Origin: Zootoca vivipara
Lineage: Eukaryota
Reading direction: 5' to 3'
Assembly: GCF_963506605.1 (NCBI RefSeq)
Contig: NC_083281.1
Span: 81,220,001 to 81,284,000 of the forward strand
DNA length: 64,000 nucleotides
Numbering within the stretch: the first letter of the stretch is position 1; each line of letters begins with the position of its first letter. The notes under the pieces were generated by a model. That model searched no databases and had not been told where the DNA came from. It saw only the letters and a program-made list of their open reading frames with translations. Below are positions 1 to 12,288 of this stretch, in pieces. Both the position numbers and the translations under genes were made by a program.

Positions 1-1119
1 AGAGGATTTCTCCTTTGCATGCTCGCCCTTACAAAGACTGTGATTCTTCCTCTCCCTGATGCATGTCCGCAGAGGGCTCAGCAGTTCCAGATTTCTTGGA
101 TTCTGGGATACGGGATGTTTGGGGTGGGGCGGAGTGGGACAGGGTGGGGTGGGGTGGGGTGGGGAGGGTTAGGTTATTTATTATGCTTTTTTCTGGAGCA
201 GGACCTGTTCTTACTCTCCCAAGTAACTCTTGGGTTGGTGGTGTTTTTTTTTTTTAATGGTCTCTGTCAGGAGACAGACCGGGATTTTACTTTAGGCTTA
301 GGAGTAGGATAACTTCTCTTGACGGTCATGTGTAAAATATGAAGCAGCGGCTGGCCCAGGCACTGCCTTGGGGCGGTAGGGGAAGTTGTCCTCCCCAAAG
401 CGAAAGAATCCTACCATGTTCCCAGTGTCATTACCTCCTGTTCAAGGGTTAGGTGGCTTGCGGGGGAGCGAGCAAATTGTGCTGGTTGTCTCTCTCTCTC
501 CATCCTCTCCATTGGTGCATCAGGTACATCTCCCATCCCATCTCCTGCCTAGATGGCCCTCCTCCCTGCCAACCTCATATACACCTGCTTAAGGAGCTGA
601 GGCAGATAATTTTGCATCTGCTAACACTTTCCCAGTGGTCTCCACTGAGAGACCAGTCTCTTGGGGTGGTGCAAAAGGCTACAGATGCATGCAATTCTCA
701 CTCGAGAGTTTTTTGGGAAGATTTGGGGCAGGGGAGGCGAAAGTGTAAGCTTTGAAGCTTGGAGTGAGGGGAGAGAAATCCGAATGGACTATGTCCTGGA
801 AGGTGACTCCCACTAAATTTGAACCGAAACACAGCCATGCTTTGAAATTTGCACTTCTACAAACTAGGCAGGGCAGTTTCCCACAGTGCATACATTGAGG
901 TGGAACTGCATGCAAGGATGTGTATTTTAGGAGAAAATCACACTTTTAAGGCTGGCAATTTTTCATTAGGGCTTTAAGAAAGTAGGGAGGGCAAGTACAT
1001 GTTCCCAGTTTTTCCACCAGGCCTGGCCATTCCTGAGATATTCTGTTACCTTCCACAAGGGCTGATGTTCAAATACAGTACCAAGCTTGCACCCAAATCC
1101 TCTCACGCACGCTCTAAAG

Positions 1120-1255
1120 CAGGCATCCCCAAACCTCGGCCCTCCAGATGTTTTGGACTGCAATTCCCATCATCCCTGACCACTGGTCCTGTTAGCTAGG
1201 GATGATGGGAGTTGTAGGCCAAAACATTTGGAGGGCCGCAGTTTGGGGATGCCTG
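1120..1255. mobile_element. 136-bp palindromic hAT (Charlie-like) MITE
   Basis: TIR CAGGCATCCCCAAAC; 8-bp TSD ctcYaaag. Confidence 0.88.
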
Positions 1256-1396
1256 CTCCAAAGCCACCAGGGTTCCTGGATGCCAATTGCTCTCTGCGGT
1301 TCTGGCCCCTACAGCCTAACCTAGGAAGCTGCTTTGTACTGCATCAGACAGGCAAAGACTCTCTAGGAGTTCAGAAAGGGCTCCCTTTCACCTTAA

Positions 1397-1610
1397 ATAA
1401 TAATAATAATAATAATAATTTATTTATACCCAGCATAATGAAAACATAGCATAACATCAACTATTTAAAATTTCCCAATACAGGACTGTCTTCCGATGCC
1501 TTTGGCAAGTTGTGCAGTTGTTTATTTGTTTGACATCTGATGGGAGGAAGTTCCACAGGGCAGGCACCACTATGGAGAAGGCCCTCTGCCTGGTTCCCTG
1601 TAACTTCTTG
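1397..1610 (-). mobile_element. L2-type LINE 3' fragment with (AAT)n tail
   Basis: TRQRAFSIVVPALWNFLPSDVKQ peptide. Confidence 0.75.
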
Positions 1611-2259
1611 CCCTTCACTTCTCCTTTACCTGGAGATGGCAGGGATTGAACCTGGGACCTCCTGCACACAAGGCAGATTCTCTGCGACTGAGCCACAGCC
1701 CTTCCCCTAGGACAGGGGAACAAAGGAATAACATGGCCAGATGCATTGACACTGAGCTACAGCCCTTCCTCTCTGACAGCCTTGTGACTCTCCCAGAAGC
1801 CCCACCCTCTTCCTCATGCCCCAGACCTCGGCACAACATTCCTGCTCAGGTCGGCCCCATGGTTCTCCTGCCTTTTGCCTCACCTTCTGTGACCTCAGGT
1901 CAGCCTGGGTGATGCAGTTCATCTGCTTAGCTGCCTCTCTCTGCCGTGAGGCAACCCCTGGTGACTGATGTGACGAAGAATACATCAAATACTCTCTCTT
2001 TTTCTCTTTCCTTCATTCTTCCCCCACCCTCCTCCTCCTCAAGCCAGCTCCCTCTGCTGAATCACACATCCCACAATATTGACTCAGATGCTGTGCTTGC
2101 AATGCACTTCTCTGAGCAACCTCTGAGTAAAACCTATAGTAATGGGCACATGGGAATTAGGGAGCCCATTCTTCTCATTTTCTTACCCATTCCGCCCCCA
2201 GCAGAAATGAGTCATTCTCATTTCTGGCAGAAAGAGCTGTTCAACAGTGGAATTGACTC

Positions 2260-2418
2260 CCTCGGCAGGTGGCAGACTCTCATTCCTTAGAGGTTTGCAA
2301 ACAGGAGTTGAGTGACCATCTGTCAGGGATTCTTTCGATGTGATTCCTGCATTGCAGGGGCTGGACTAGATGACCCGTTGGGTCCCTTCCAGCTCTACAT
2401 TTCTACGGTTCTATGATT
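2260..2418 (+). mobile_element. Older CR1 3' end
   Basis: ggactagatgacc...gtcccttccagctctac...ttctatgattc CR1 terminus. Confidence 0.7.
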
Positions 2419-2501
2419 CCCTCACTCCTCTTAAAGGAATAGCAAGTTCCATCCTTCTCTTCTATATCTTGGTAAAAGCCAGGAAGCCAACTTGCCCTGA
2501 G

Positions 2502-2909
2502 CATACCTGCCAAGTCTCCGGCTGAAAAATGCAGGATCAGCAGCGGCGCGGCACCGGAAGTTGCGTAGAAGCAACTTCCGGGGCCGCTCTTCCCATGTGT
2601 GGGCATCATAAATCGGGCACAGCGGCACCGGAAGTTGCTTCTACGTATGCCCGGTGGCCATCTTGGTGGTGGCTGTATGGCGACGGCCATGACTGCCGCT
2701 GCCATGCAGCCACCACCAAGATGGCTGCCGGGCATGCGTAGAAGCGACTTCTGGTGCCACTCTGCCTGATTTCTGGTGCCCACACATGGGCACCCAAAAT
2801 GGTAGGAAATCCAGGGGATTTCCGGGATTTTTCTCCATTCAAGAGAACAGCGGGAAACGGATTAAAATCTGGGGGTTTCCCGCGAAAAACGGGATACTTG
2901 GCAGCTAAG
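2502..2909. mobile_element. hAT MITE, CATAGCTGCCAAG-TIR family, 408 bp, with an internal hairpin of about 200 bp
   Basis: TIRs catacctgccaag / cttggcagctaag; perfect TSD gccctgag. Confidence 0.85.
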
Positions 2910-3709
2910 GCCCTGAGCATTATCAGCCAGTCATTTTTGGATCCCATCTTTGCACTCAGAAATTCAAGTCGGCATACCTTGGAATCGAGTGAGTCATCCT
3001 GTTCTTATCCTCACCACAACTACCCTGTGAGGGAGGTTAAACCAAGATAAAATACAGTCGGCCACAAGCGTTTTGTCCCTGAGCTTCATGGCTGGAGCAG
3101 TGAGTCAGACCCAAAATTTTCATTGTACCATCCGACGGTGGTGACTACCAACTTGGATGGCTATCACAGACATAGATTCGTGCTATCGCTGGCTACTGGC
3201 TATAATGGCTATGCTGAACCTCCATTGTTGAAGACAGTATACCTGTGCATAATGCCAGTTGCTTTGATCTTAGGTGGAGGAAGTGTTGTTGCAATCAGAT
3301 CCTGCTTGGGGGCTTCTTAGAGGCATCTGGTTGGCCACTGTGAGAGCAGCATGCTGGATTAGATGGGCCCCTGGCCTTCTTAGGTCTTTATCTACAACCC
3401 TACCACACTACTGCCCCCAACTATTAGATCAGAGATGAAAAGAACTCTGTGGACATTACAGTAGTTCAAAAGAATTTGTCTAAGTCATCCAGGCTGGTGG
3501 CCATCACTACTTCTTGTGGGAGCGAACCACATTGAAATCCCCCCAGAAACATCTGTTTGTGTCAATTAATTTCATGATTGCATGAACTGCCCCAGGAAAG
3601 GTGTGTGTTCAGCTATCGTCAGACCTTTTCAGACCTGCCTGTATACCAAACATGCATTGGGGGAATCATTTCTTATATAACCATATATTTGTATGGAGGT
3701 GCGGCAACT

Positions 3710-4190
3710 TGGGACGGGAGCGAAATTTGATTTTGCTTGCGTTTGACATTTGAAGTCAGTCCTACCTGATTCCCCCGCTTTCCGAAACAATATGCAAACT
3801 GAAACGCAGCCATTGAAATCTGTGCTTTTGCAATGCAGTTCTCCAACCATGTAATGTGTACTCCCTCCCCCCCCAAAAAAAGCATATACAGTACTTAAGG
3901 GTGCTTAATAATGCACATACTGTATTAGTGATAACTTACCAAAAAATTGCATTCTATTTGGGAAAATCGCTTTGCAAAAACGTGTATATTAGGCGAGATG
4001 GCGTTTTATCTGTTTGGAATGCATTAGTATACCTACAATTTTTCCACACTGAAAAATTGCACTGAAATAATGATAGATTTTCACGGGGACCATTTTCTTT
4101 AATTGCAAACTGATGTGGAAATGTGGAAAACGTAACTGAAAGCTTGGGAAATGGAGAGAAACTGAAAGTGACAAATTCACCCCTCCTTAG
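3710..4190 (+). repeat. Abundant AT-rich squamate dispersed repeat; further copies near 5645-6055, 10180-10640, 13505-13800, 28200-28690(-), 31280-31680, 44960-45215(-), 59800-60190, 62100-62490(-), 63760-64000(-)
   Basis: Recurring ttttgcaatgcagttctcc...tatattaggagaaa...cccatccctag motifs. Confidence 0.7.
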
Positions 4191-5943
4191 CTGCTGGACA
4201 CCATGACCCCATGGAGGCGCCCCAACCCACCCATTGAAGTGGAGTACAGATTTTTTTCCCCTTCCCTCTCCTTGCCACCAGCCCTCTAGGCCGCTGCCAT
4301 ATTTTTAAATTGTGGATGCAGACAAGAAAGCCACGGTTTAAATCCTGAGGTAGTGGCGGTCGTAGGGGCTTGCAAAGGGTTGCATGCCTGACAAGGTGTT
4401 TTATCTATTTATGATGCATTAGTACCTACATTTAAGATTCAATGTATAAAATCAGCTATGTGCACTTTTCCTACTTAGCAGTATTGGGTTCTTTTTTTTA
4501 AAAAAAAAGAAAGATGTTAATGTTCTTTTTGTTATGGAATACTGTGCTGTCTTTTTAAAATGGGTGACATTGTTTAAGTATTTAATTTATTACTGAGGAA
4601 GCCCCCAAGGGCGTGTGCAATTACTTTCTCCCTGCCCCCTTACCTTCATTCAATACAGTTTGGCTGTATTTCAACGTCAGATTTTTCCTTTCTTTTGTAC
4701 AGTTGCTAGGGAGTTGTTGTTTTTTTAAAAAAAGAAAATCCAGCAAATTTGCCTTTCCACACCACCTGCTCAGATCGCTTTCTATCGACCCTCTTTGCTC
4801 TGTTTTTGGAAGATGGCTCTCAAAGCATCAGAAGCCTGGTAGTTTTCGAAGACCTCTAAAGCAAGTTTCTGGGCTGGATCTGGGCAAAGGTTGCAATCCT
4901 AGACCCGCTTGCCTGGGAGTAAGCTCCATTTAACATAGTGGGCCCTACTTCTGCGTAAGCATGCATAGGATTGCAGCTGTAAGTTAGATGAACTTTGTTC
5001 TCATTGAAAGCAATGGGGCTTGAGGTGTTACAGCTAAGTTGCCCCACTTGATTTCAGTGGCATCTGAGCTCAACTCGTTTAGTCTGAATCCGGCCCTCTT
5101 ATATGCTTTCATTAGGATGAACGTTGGACTTTCACAAATCTCTTCCATTGGTTGATGGGGATTCTGGAACAGCATGGACGAGATGTGTGTGTTCGGAGCT
5201 GGAAGAGAGGGACGTTAGGGGGGAAGTGTACATAATTCCCGGTTACTTTGCAACAAAGAACTAGGTATAACATTGCAAGGTTTGGCTTGTATGGCCTTTC
5301 CCTTCCAATATGGAAATATTTTTATTGTATTCTCTATAACCCTATTTGAAATGCGTCAGATCTCCTTCGCTCCCCACTCTTTTAAAGTGTTGAATCGCAC
5401 ACTGGATTACAAAATCCAATTGCAACTGCAAAGTTGCCTTTGTGAAGAAAGTAGCACCCCTTTCCCACTCAAAGCAAAACTCTCCTTCACAGCCATATTC
5501 CCTCCCCAGCTGACTATTGTTCCCTGGGAGAGGGTAGAAATAAGGCAGAGGCAGAGAGTGCATCAGCACTGTAATATTGCATCAATTTAATTCCTCTTTA
5601 ATGGTCCTGGCTTCCTGCAAAGACTCCTGGGAAGTGAGTAGAGATAAGGGAGAAATTAGGTTCAGCTCATGCTTGAATACGGCAACTCCCTAATTCACAC
5701 ACACCAAAACAATGGGCAAACCAAAACGCAGCTATCCTTTGCAATTCACACTTCTTTGAATCTTGTGGTGCTGTTCTCCAACGAAAAAATGTGAATATTA
5801 GGAGAAAGTGCGCTAAAAATGCATCAACGAAAATAAAATACAAAAATGCATTATATATTAGGAAAAATCACATACAAAAAGTGTGTATGTCAGGAGAAAT
5901 TTGCACTAAAATGCTGGCAAATTTTGGGGAGGGTTATTTTTTA

Positions 5944-5987
<44 letters not shown>

Positions 5988-8225
5988 AAACCGATGAGCA
6001 AACCGGATTTAAGATTGGGAAAATGAGAAAGAGAGAGAAGCCACCCATTCCTAGCAGCGAGCTTCAGGGGAGGATGCTAAGCTTTCTCCATTAGAGGCCT
6101 TCTTCCCTTCCTTAGAGAACTACAACTCCCAGGATTCTTTGCAGTCTGTCATGTGACTGTTACAGCCCGGTTCACATTTCTATATGTTGCTTTCCCGGTG
6201 TCGGGATTTGCCAACTGGGTTCACTATTAGAGGGGCTGACTCATTGGGCGAATGAGACGAGTAGTTGATATTAAGGTGGAAGACAAGAAATGTGAACAAG
6301 TAGTGGGCAGGGAAAAGAGACCAAAATGGAGCGTCGTTGCTGCAGTCCAAAGGCAAATTGGATTTATGGTTAGCAATTGCTTAGCTTGGCAGCTGCCAAT
6401 ATACCCTCCGGATGTGGACTACAACTCTCATCCTTGACCCCTAGCCGTGATAGGTGGGGGCTGGTAAGAGTGGTAGCCCACCACATCTGGAGACGTCCTT
6501 GTTGGCGAACACTCATGACAAACGCATGTGGCTTGGCGTTCAGTGGATGGCGTGCAGAGGTGTTTGGAGTAGCTGGGGGAAAGGTGTGTGCTGCGAACTG
6601 GGGAAAAGATTTGTGGAGCATTGCAGGGAAAGGAGAAACACAAATATTGGACGAGAACGTAAAATACCGAGTGCTGTTTCCTTAGGAATGTGATGTGCTG
6701 ATGAGCATTGAGCCAGAAGAGCCCTTTTAGGGTGTAAGAGGTCCACCGCAGCTCCCAGTGGAGAAACTCCAACTACCGTAACGTTCCGGCGAACGTTAAT
6801 TTTCCGTGCTCGAAATATGTGTGTTTACCACATGGGGGTGCTCTTTGACAACCACTATCAATGGAAGAACTAGAAGGTTAGAAAGCTCAGCGCCATTGGC
6901 AAGAAAAGAACGTCAATTCCCCCTAGTACAAAGGCAAGCTGTGAAAGAGAGCACAGCCCAGATTGTTCACCTTCACAATGCAAACTGCCAATCATTGGAA
7001 GCTGAAAAGCCATAGGCATATCGCATATGCCCACAAGAATCCTGGGAATTGTAGTTTGTTAAGGATGCTGAGAGTTGTTAGGAGACACACACCCCCTCCA
7101 GCGCAGACCCCCATCTGTTTTGACCTTATATGACCCTGGTCTTTCTAGGACTCCACATATACCCAGAAAGCACACAGGGTGCTTCTGTGCAATGCTGGAC
7201 CCCTCCTTCCTTCAGAAGAAACTTTTGTTTTATAAAATTAGGACCCACATTCAAATCAAGACATCTGGGGCTTTAATCACTTCCTATTTAAATAGCATTG
7301 GAGAAGGTTGAAACCGCTGTTGCTTTGCTGTGCCAGGTCTGAACCGTGTGATCAGCAAAATCATGGGGTGGCATCCTTCTTGGATCTCACCATTTCAGAG
7401 ATGTGGGTGGGAGATGAGATCTGCAAAACCTTTCACTCTGTATTGAGAACAGCTTGAAGTTGCTAGTTGAAGCTCTAATATCAACAGGAAACAATGGGGG
7501 GGGGGAGGAAGTAGTCATCTGGGACATGAAACACTCTCTGTAAATAACGTTTCAGCACATTAACCATTCCTCTTATCACTTCAACTTGCTTTTCAGTACA
7601 ATCTTTGTAACACTGGCTTGTTTGTTTGTTTTTTAATTAAAAAAATTACCTCTTCCTGTTTTTTCTCACTTTTGCCTGCTCGGCCTCGACTGAGTCTACC
7701 TATGGAAAAATCCCAACACTTCTGTATGTTATTTATCTTTATATGGTTTTAACCAGGAAAGAAAAAAAAAACATCAACACACACATGCACACACACAACT
7801 GAGAATACCCCACAGAAATTCTGCTGCTCTGGTGTCTTATTGACCCCCCCTCTCTACCCCTTCCTTCTCCCGTCTCTTGAAACACTGTTAATAAAAATCT
7901 AGAGTAAAATCTTTTACCTCTTCTTCCTTCGCCTCTTGTTATTTATGTTGTCTTGCTTCTGTTTTCTATATTAACTCTATGAGCTTTGGGACCCCCACCC
8001 CCCCACCCCTGCCAAAATCTAGGGCACTATATTCACACACAAACACAACCCCTCTTGCTACTCTTTAAGTGGGGTGGTAAAGAAGACCCCCTTGAATTAG
8101 CCCCATTAGTGATGAGTTCACGTCACCTGCCTCCCTCTCCTTGTTAATTTAGGATGGTCAACATAACGATCGTAGGAACACAGAAAGCTGCCTTATACTG
8201 AACCAGATCATTGGTCTGCCTACAC

Positions 8226-8361
8226 CAGGCATCCCCAAACTGCGGCCCTCCAGATGTTTTGGCCTACAACTCCCATGATCCCTAGCTAACAGGACCAGTG
8301 GTCGGGGAAGATGGGAATTGTAGTCCAAAACATCTGGAGGGCCGAAGTTTGGGGATGCCTG
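8226..8361. mobile_element. 136-bp palindromic hAT MITE inserted in a tRNA-derived SINE
   Basis: Perfect TSD gcctacac. Confidence 0.9.
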
Positions 8362-8950
8362 GCCTACACTGACCAGCAATGGCTCCCCAGGGTGTCAGGC
8401 AAGGAACATTCCCGGCCCTTAATTGAAGATGCCATTGGGAGTTGAACCTGGGTGAAGCAAGATGCTGTACCACTGAGCTACAGATAAATCCCGACAGGAT
8501 GGAGAACTGAGCTAAAACATAACGAAATGAGTTTCATTATGGATAAATGGGTAAAGTTCTGCATTTAGGGAGGGGGGAAATCAGATGCACAAACATAGGA
8601 AGAACGATGCCTGGCTTCGCAGCAGCTCATGTGGAAATTATTTAAGCCAGGGGTGGAGAACCAGTCGCCCTGCAAACATTGCTGGACTTGCCCCAGCCAG
8701 CATGGCCAAGAGTCAAGGGTGATGTATTTCCACGGCACCCACAGGGCAATTGTTCCCCATCTGTTCTCTAAATATTTTGGACTACAGTTCCCATCAACCC
8801 AGGCAGCATAGCCAATGGTCAGTGGTGATGCGGGGCTAGGAGAACAAGTGGAAGGCCACAGGTTGCTCATCCCTGGTCTAGTGGTTTTTAGTAGACCACA
8901 CATTAGACATCAGTCACAATTGTTGACGCTACTCTGCATCAAGTATAGAG

Positions 8951-9086
8951 CAGGCATAGGCAAACTCGGCCCTCCAGATGTTTGGGGACTACAACTCCCA
9001 CCATCCCTGACCGCTGGTCCTGTTAGCTAGGGATGATGGGAGTTGTAGTCCCAAGACACCTGGAGGGCCGAGTTTGCCTATGCCTG
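8951..9086. mobile_element. 136-bp palindromic hAT MITE (CAGGCATAGGC variant)
   Basis: TSD Statagag. Confidence 0.88.
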
Positions 9087-9183
9087 CTATAGAGTTATAG
9101 CCCACTAAGTCCTATTCAGAGATGACCCATTCAAATTAATGGACTGAAGTCATGGACACTCATTTCAATGAGTCTTCTCTGAG

Positions 9184-9273
9184 CATAGCTGCCAAGTTAT
9201 CCCTTTTTTACAGGGATTTTCCCTTATGCTGAATAGGCTTCCTCGCGAGAAAAGCGAAAACTTGGCAGCTATG
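9184..9273. mobile_element. 90-bp hAT MITE, CATAGCTGCCAAG-TIR family
   Basis: Perfect TSD tctctgag. Confidence 0.9.
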
Positions 9274-10989
9274 TCTCTGAGGTGGGTAGCAACTAAGTCT
9301 CACTCAGAGTAGATCCACAGAAATTAATGAAGGAGACAACTAAATTACGCCAATTAATTTCAATGGGTCTTCTGTGAGTAAAACTTAGTTGGCTATCACC
9401 CACCATGTCCATATCATAAGAAGTAATTAAATCATCCTGTTTGGTCAGAATAAGATGTCCACTTCTGGTCTAAGGAGGCTATTGACAAGCTAAGAATGTG
9501 AGCAGGGCAACAAATTAGTGACTGGGGCTGATGGGGTTTGTAGTCCCCAACACCAGCATTGGCTGCCCCTATTCTACACTTGATCAGCAGCAGTTTATTG
9601 GAGTTTCAGGCAGAGGGCATTCCCTGCCCCACCAGGAGATGCCAGGGATTGAACCTGAGACTTCCTGCATGCAAAGCAGATGTGCTACCAATGAACTACT
9701 GCCCATCCCTTGAGACATGGGACCATAGGAAGCTGCCTTATACTGCGAGTCAGACCACCAACCCATCTTGCTGAATGGCAGCAGCCCTACCTGGAGATAC
9801 AAGGGATCAAACTTGGGACTTTCTGCATGCAAAGTTGAGCTTCTGCACCTTCTGCCACTGAGCTACAGCTCCTCCTTATGTCATGTTGGCTCCCAATGTT
9901 CAGGTTTAGGAACCCAAATCATGAGTTCAGGGGTTTAGATCAGAGACTAGATTTGTCTGCTTGTGTCACCCTAGTGGCATAACAACTGCAGTTCACTCCT
10001 TCTTCGGCAGTTCCGTTAATTCTAACTCACCATGGAGTACAGGGGCTGCCCAAAATGTTATTTTTTTTAAAAAAATAATAATTTCCCTCCCTGCATTTTT
10101 CATCCAAAGGACTGCAGAGTTGGCATTATTCTGTTGCTTTTGGAAGATACGTAATCAAAACTTGGCTGTAACTGTTCAATGGGGATGGGGGAAGAAGCCT
10201 AGTTCATTTTGCATCTGAAGGTCAGCACACCTGATTTGCACTTTCGCAAAGAATATGTGAACCAGAACACAACCATCCTTCAAAATTTGCTTGTCTCTGA
10301 ATTTTGCAATGTACCGTAGTTCTTCAGCCAAGTCCTATGTACACAAAGGCATATACTAAGGTAAAGTGTGCATTGAAAGAAACCATATATATTAGTAAAA
10401 ACAGTTCATGAAAGTGCATCAGGTTAGAGGAAGCTCTTTTGCAAAAATGCGTATGTTCTGCAAAATTGCACACAAAAGTATGTGTATTAGGAGACGTTCG
10501 CTCAAAACTGCTGACAAATTTCCATGAAGACATTATGTAATGCAATACCAATGACACACCAATGTAGAAATATGAATAACTGAACTTGGAAACGAGACGC
10601 AGAGAGAAACGCAAAAGGATAGATTTGCCAATCCCTACCAGTTGTTCTTGTTAGGCTGATACCGGCTGTCCACCAGAATTTTTGCACAGGTGTGCTTGAA
10701 CTTGGCAAGGGAAAATACTTGGCTACAGATAGCCATGTACTAAGTCAAATGTGTGCATGTATTACTTATTATCCAGTTGATGTCTTTGTAGGGTGCGATC
10801 AAGATACAAAGTGCTTTGCAGGGTAACAAGGCAGACTCTTGCATCACAGAGCTTAGAGTTTTAGTTTTGGCAGAAGCAGAGAAATGATGCTATAGGTACT
10901 CGTAATTACCAGGTGCGGAGTACAACTTCATTGCATTCATAATGCTTACAAGTATGCTGAATCCAGCACAATTATTCTCTATTAAAGTA

Positions 10990-11067
10990 TTTTAATCTTT
11001 GTTGGAAGCCGCCCAGAGTGGCTGGGGAAACCCAGCCGGATGGGTGCAGTACAAATAAATATTATTA

Positions 11068-11105
<38 letters not shown>

Positions 11106-11117
11106 CATCATCATCAT
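10990..11117 (+). mobile_element. L2-type 3' end with (ATT)n tail; another copy at 14535-14646
   Basis: ggaagccgcccagagtggctgg...aaataaat(att)n. Confidence 0.7.
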
Positions 11118-11127
11118 CTCTGGCTCA

Positions 11128-12288
11128 GATTGCATTCCTGAGAAATAGCATTTCAGGAGCCAGGGGCCCTGGGAAGCATAATGTTCCCACAAAACCTGAG
11201 CCCATAGAAACTCAGGTATTCAGGGAAAAACCACATGCCTCAGATTCTCTGGCAGCTGGGATATGAATATTGCAGTGATTCCAACATCAGAGAGGGAGGG
11301 AGAGAAGCCTAATTACTGACTTCTTAGAGGGTTACACATCCGACACAATTCTTCTCCAACTCTCCAACTTGGATTGCATTCATGGGAAACAGCATTTCAG
11401 GAGCCAGGGGCCCTGGGAAACATAATGTTCCCACAGAACCAGAGTCCATAGAAACTCAGGTATTCAGGAAAAAAACCACATGCCTCAGATTCTCTGGCAG
11501 CTAGGATATGAATATTGCAGTGATTCCAACATCAGAGAGGGAGGGAGAGAAGCCTAATTACTGACTTCTTAAAGGGTTACACATCTGACACAATTCTTCT
11601 CCAGCTTGGATTGCATTCCTGGGAAATGTAATAGTCCCTGGGAAATGTAATAGTCCCAAGAATCATAGAATCATAGAGTTGGAAGAAACCACAAGGGCCA
11701 GTCCAACCCCCTGCCAAGCAGGAAACACCATCAAAGCATTCTTGACATATGCCTGTCAAGCCTCTGCTTAAAGACCTCCAAAGAAGGAGACTCATTGGTA
11801 GCAAATTCCACTGCCGAACAGCTCTTACTGTCAGGAAGTTCTTCCTAATGTTTAGGTGGAATCTTCTTTCTTGTAGTTTGAATCCATTGCTCCATGTCTG
11901 CTTCTCTGGAGCAGCAGAAAACAACCTTTCTCCCTCCTCTTTATGACATCCTTTTATATATTTGAACATGGCTATCATATCACCCCTTAACCTTCTCTTC
12001 TCCAGGCTAAACATACCGAGCTCCCTAAGCCGTTCCTCATAAGGCATCGTTTCCAGGCCTTTGACCATTTTGGTTGCCCTCATCTGGACACGTTCCAGCT
12101 TGCCAGTATCCTTCCTGAACTGTGGTGCCCAGAACTGGACACAGTACTCCAGGGGAGGTCTGGCCTATAGGAATTCAGGTGTCTTGGGTCCTTGGGCATC
12201 TGGGATGTGAATATTCCAACTCCAGGGAGGAAGGGAGAGATACCTAACGGCTGACACTTTAAACTTGGGTTATACACCCACAGCACAG
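11128..12288. repeat. Tandem repeat of about 240 bp, three units, the third split by CR1
   Basis: Units start at 11128, 11372 and 11609; the diverged third unit resumes near 12163. Confidence 0.8.
11660..12162 (-). mobile_element. CR1 LINE 3' fragment
   Basis: RT C-terminus ...YEERLRELGMFSLEKRRLRGDMIAMFKY...; (ATTCTATG)n tail. Confidence 0.92.

Noticed and set aside
1620-1710. tRNA-like sequence (also near 9635-9710, 20010-20085, 58740-58800)
   Set aside because: These are degenerate SINE heads joined to CR1-like tails, with no intact cloverleaf
7530-7990. Pyrimidine-rich tracts that might flank ACAP3 micro-exons (also 13900-14230)
   Set aside because: I could not define a credible acceptor-donor pair
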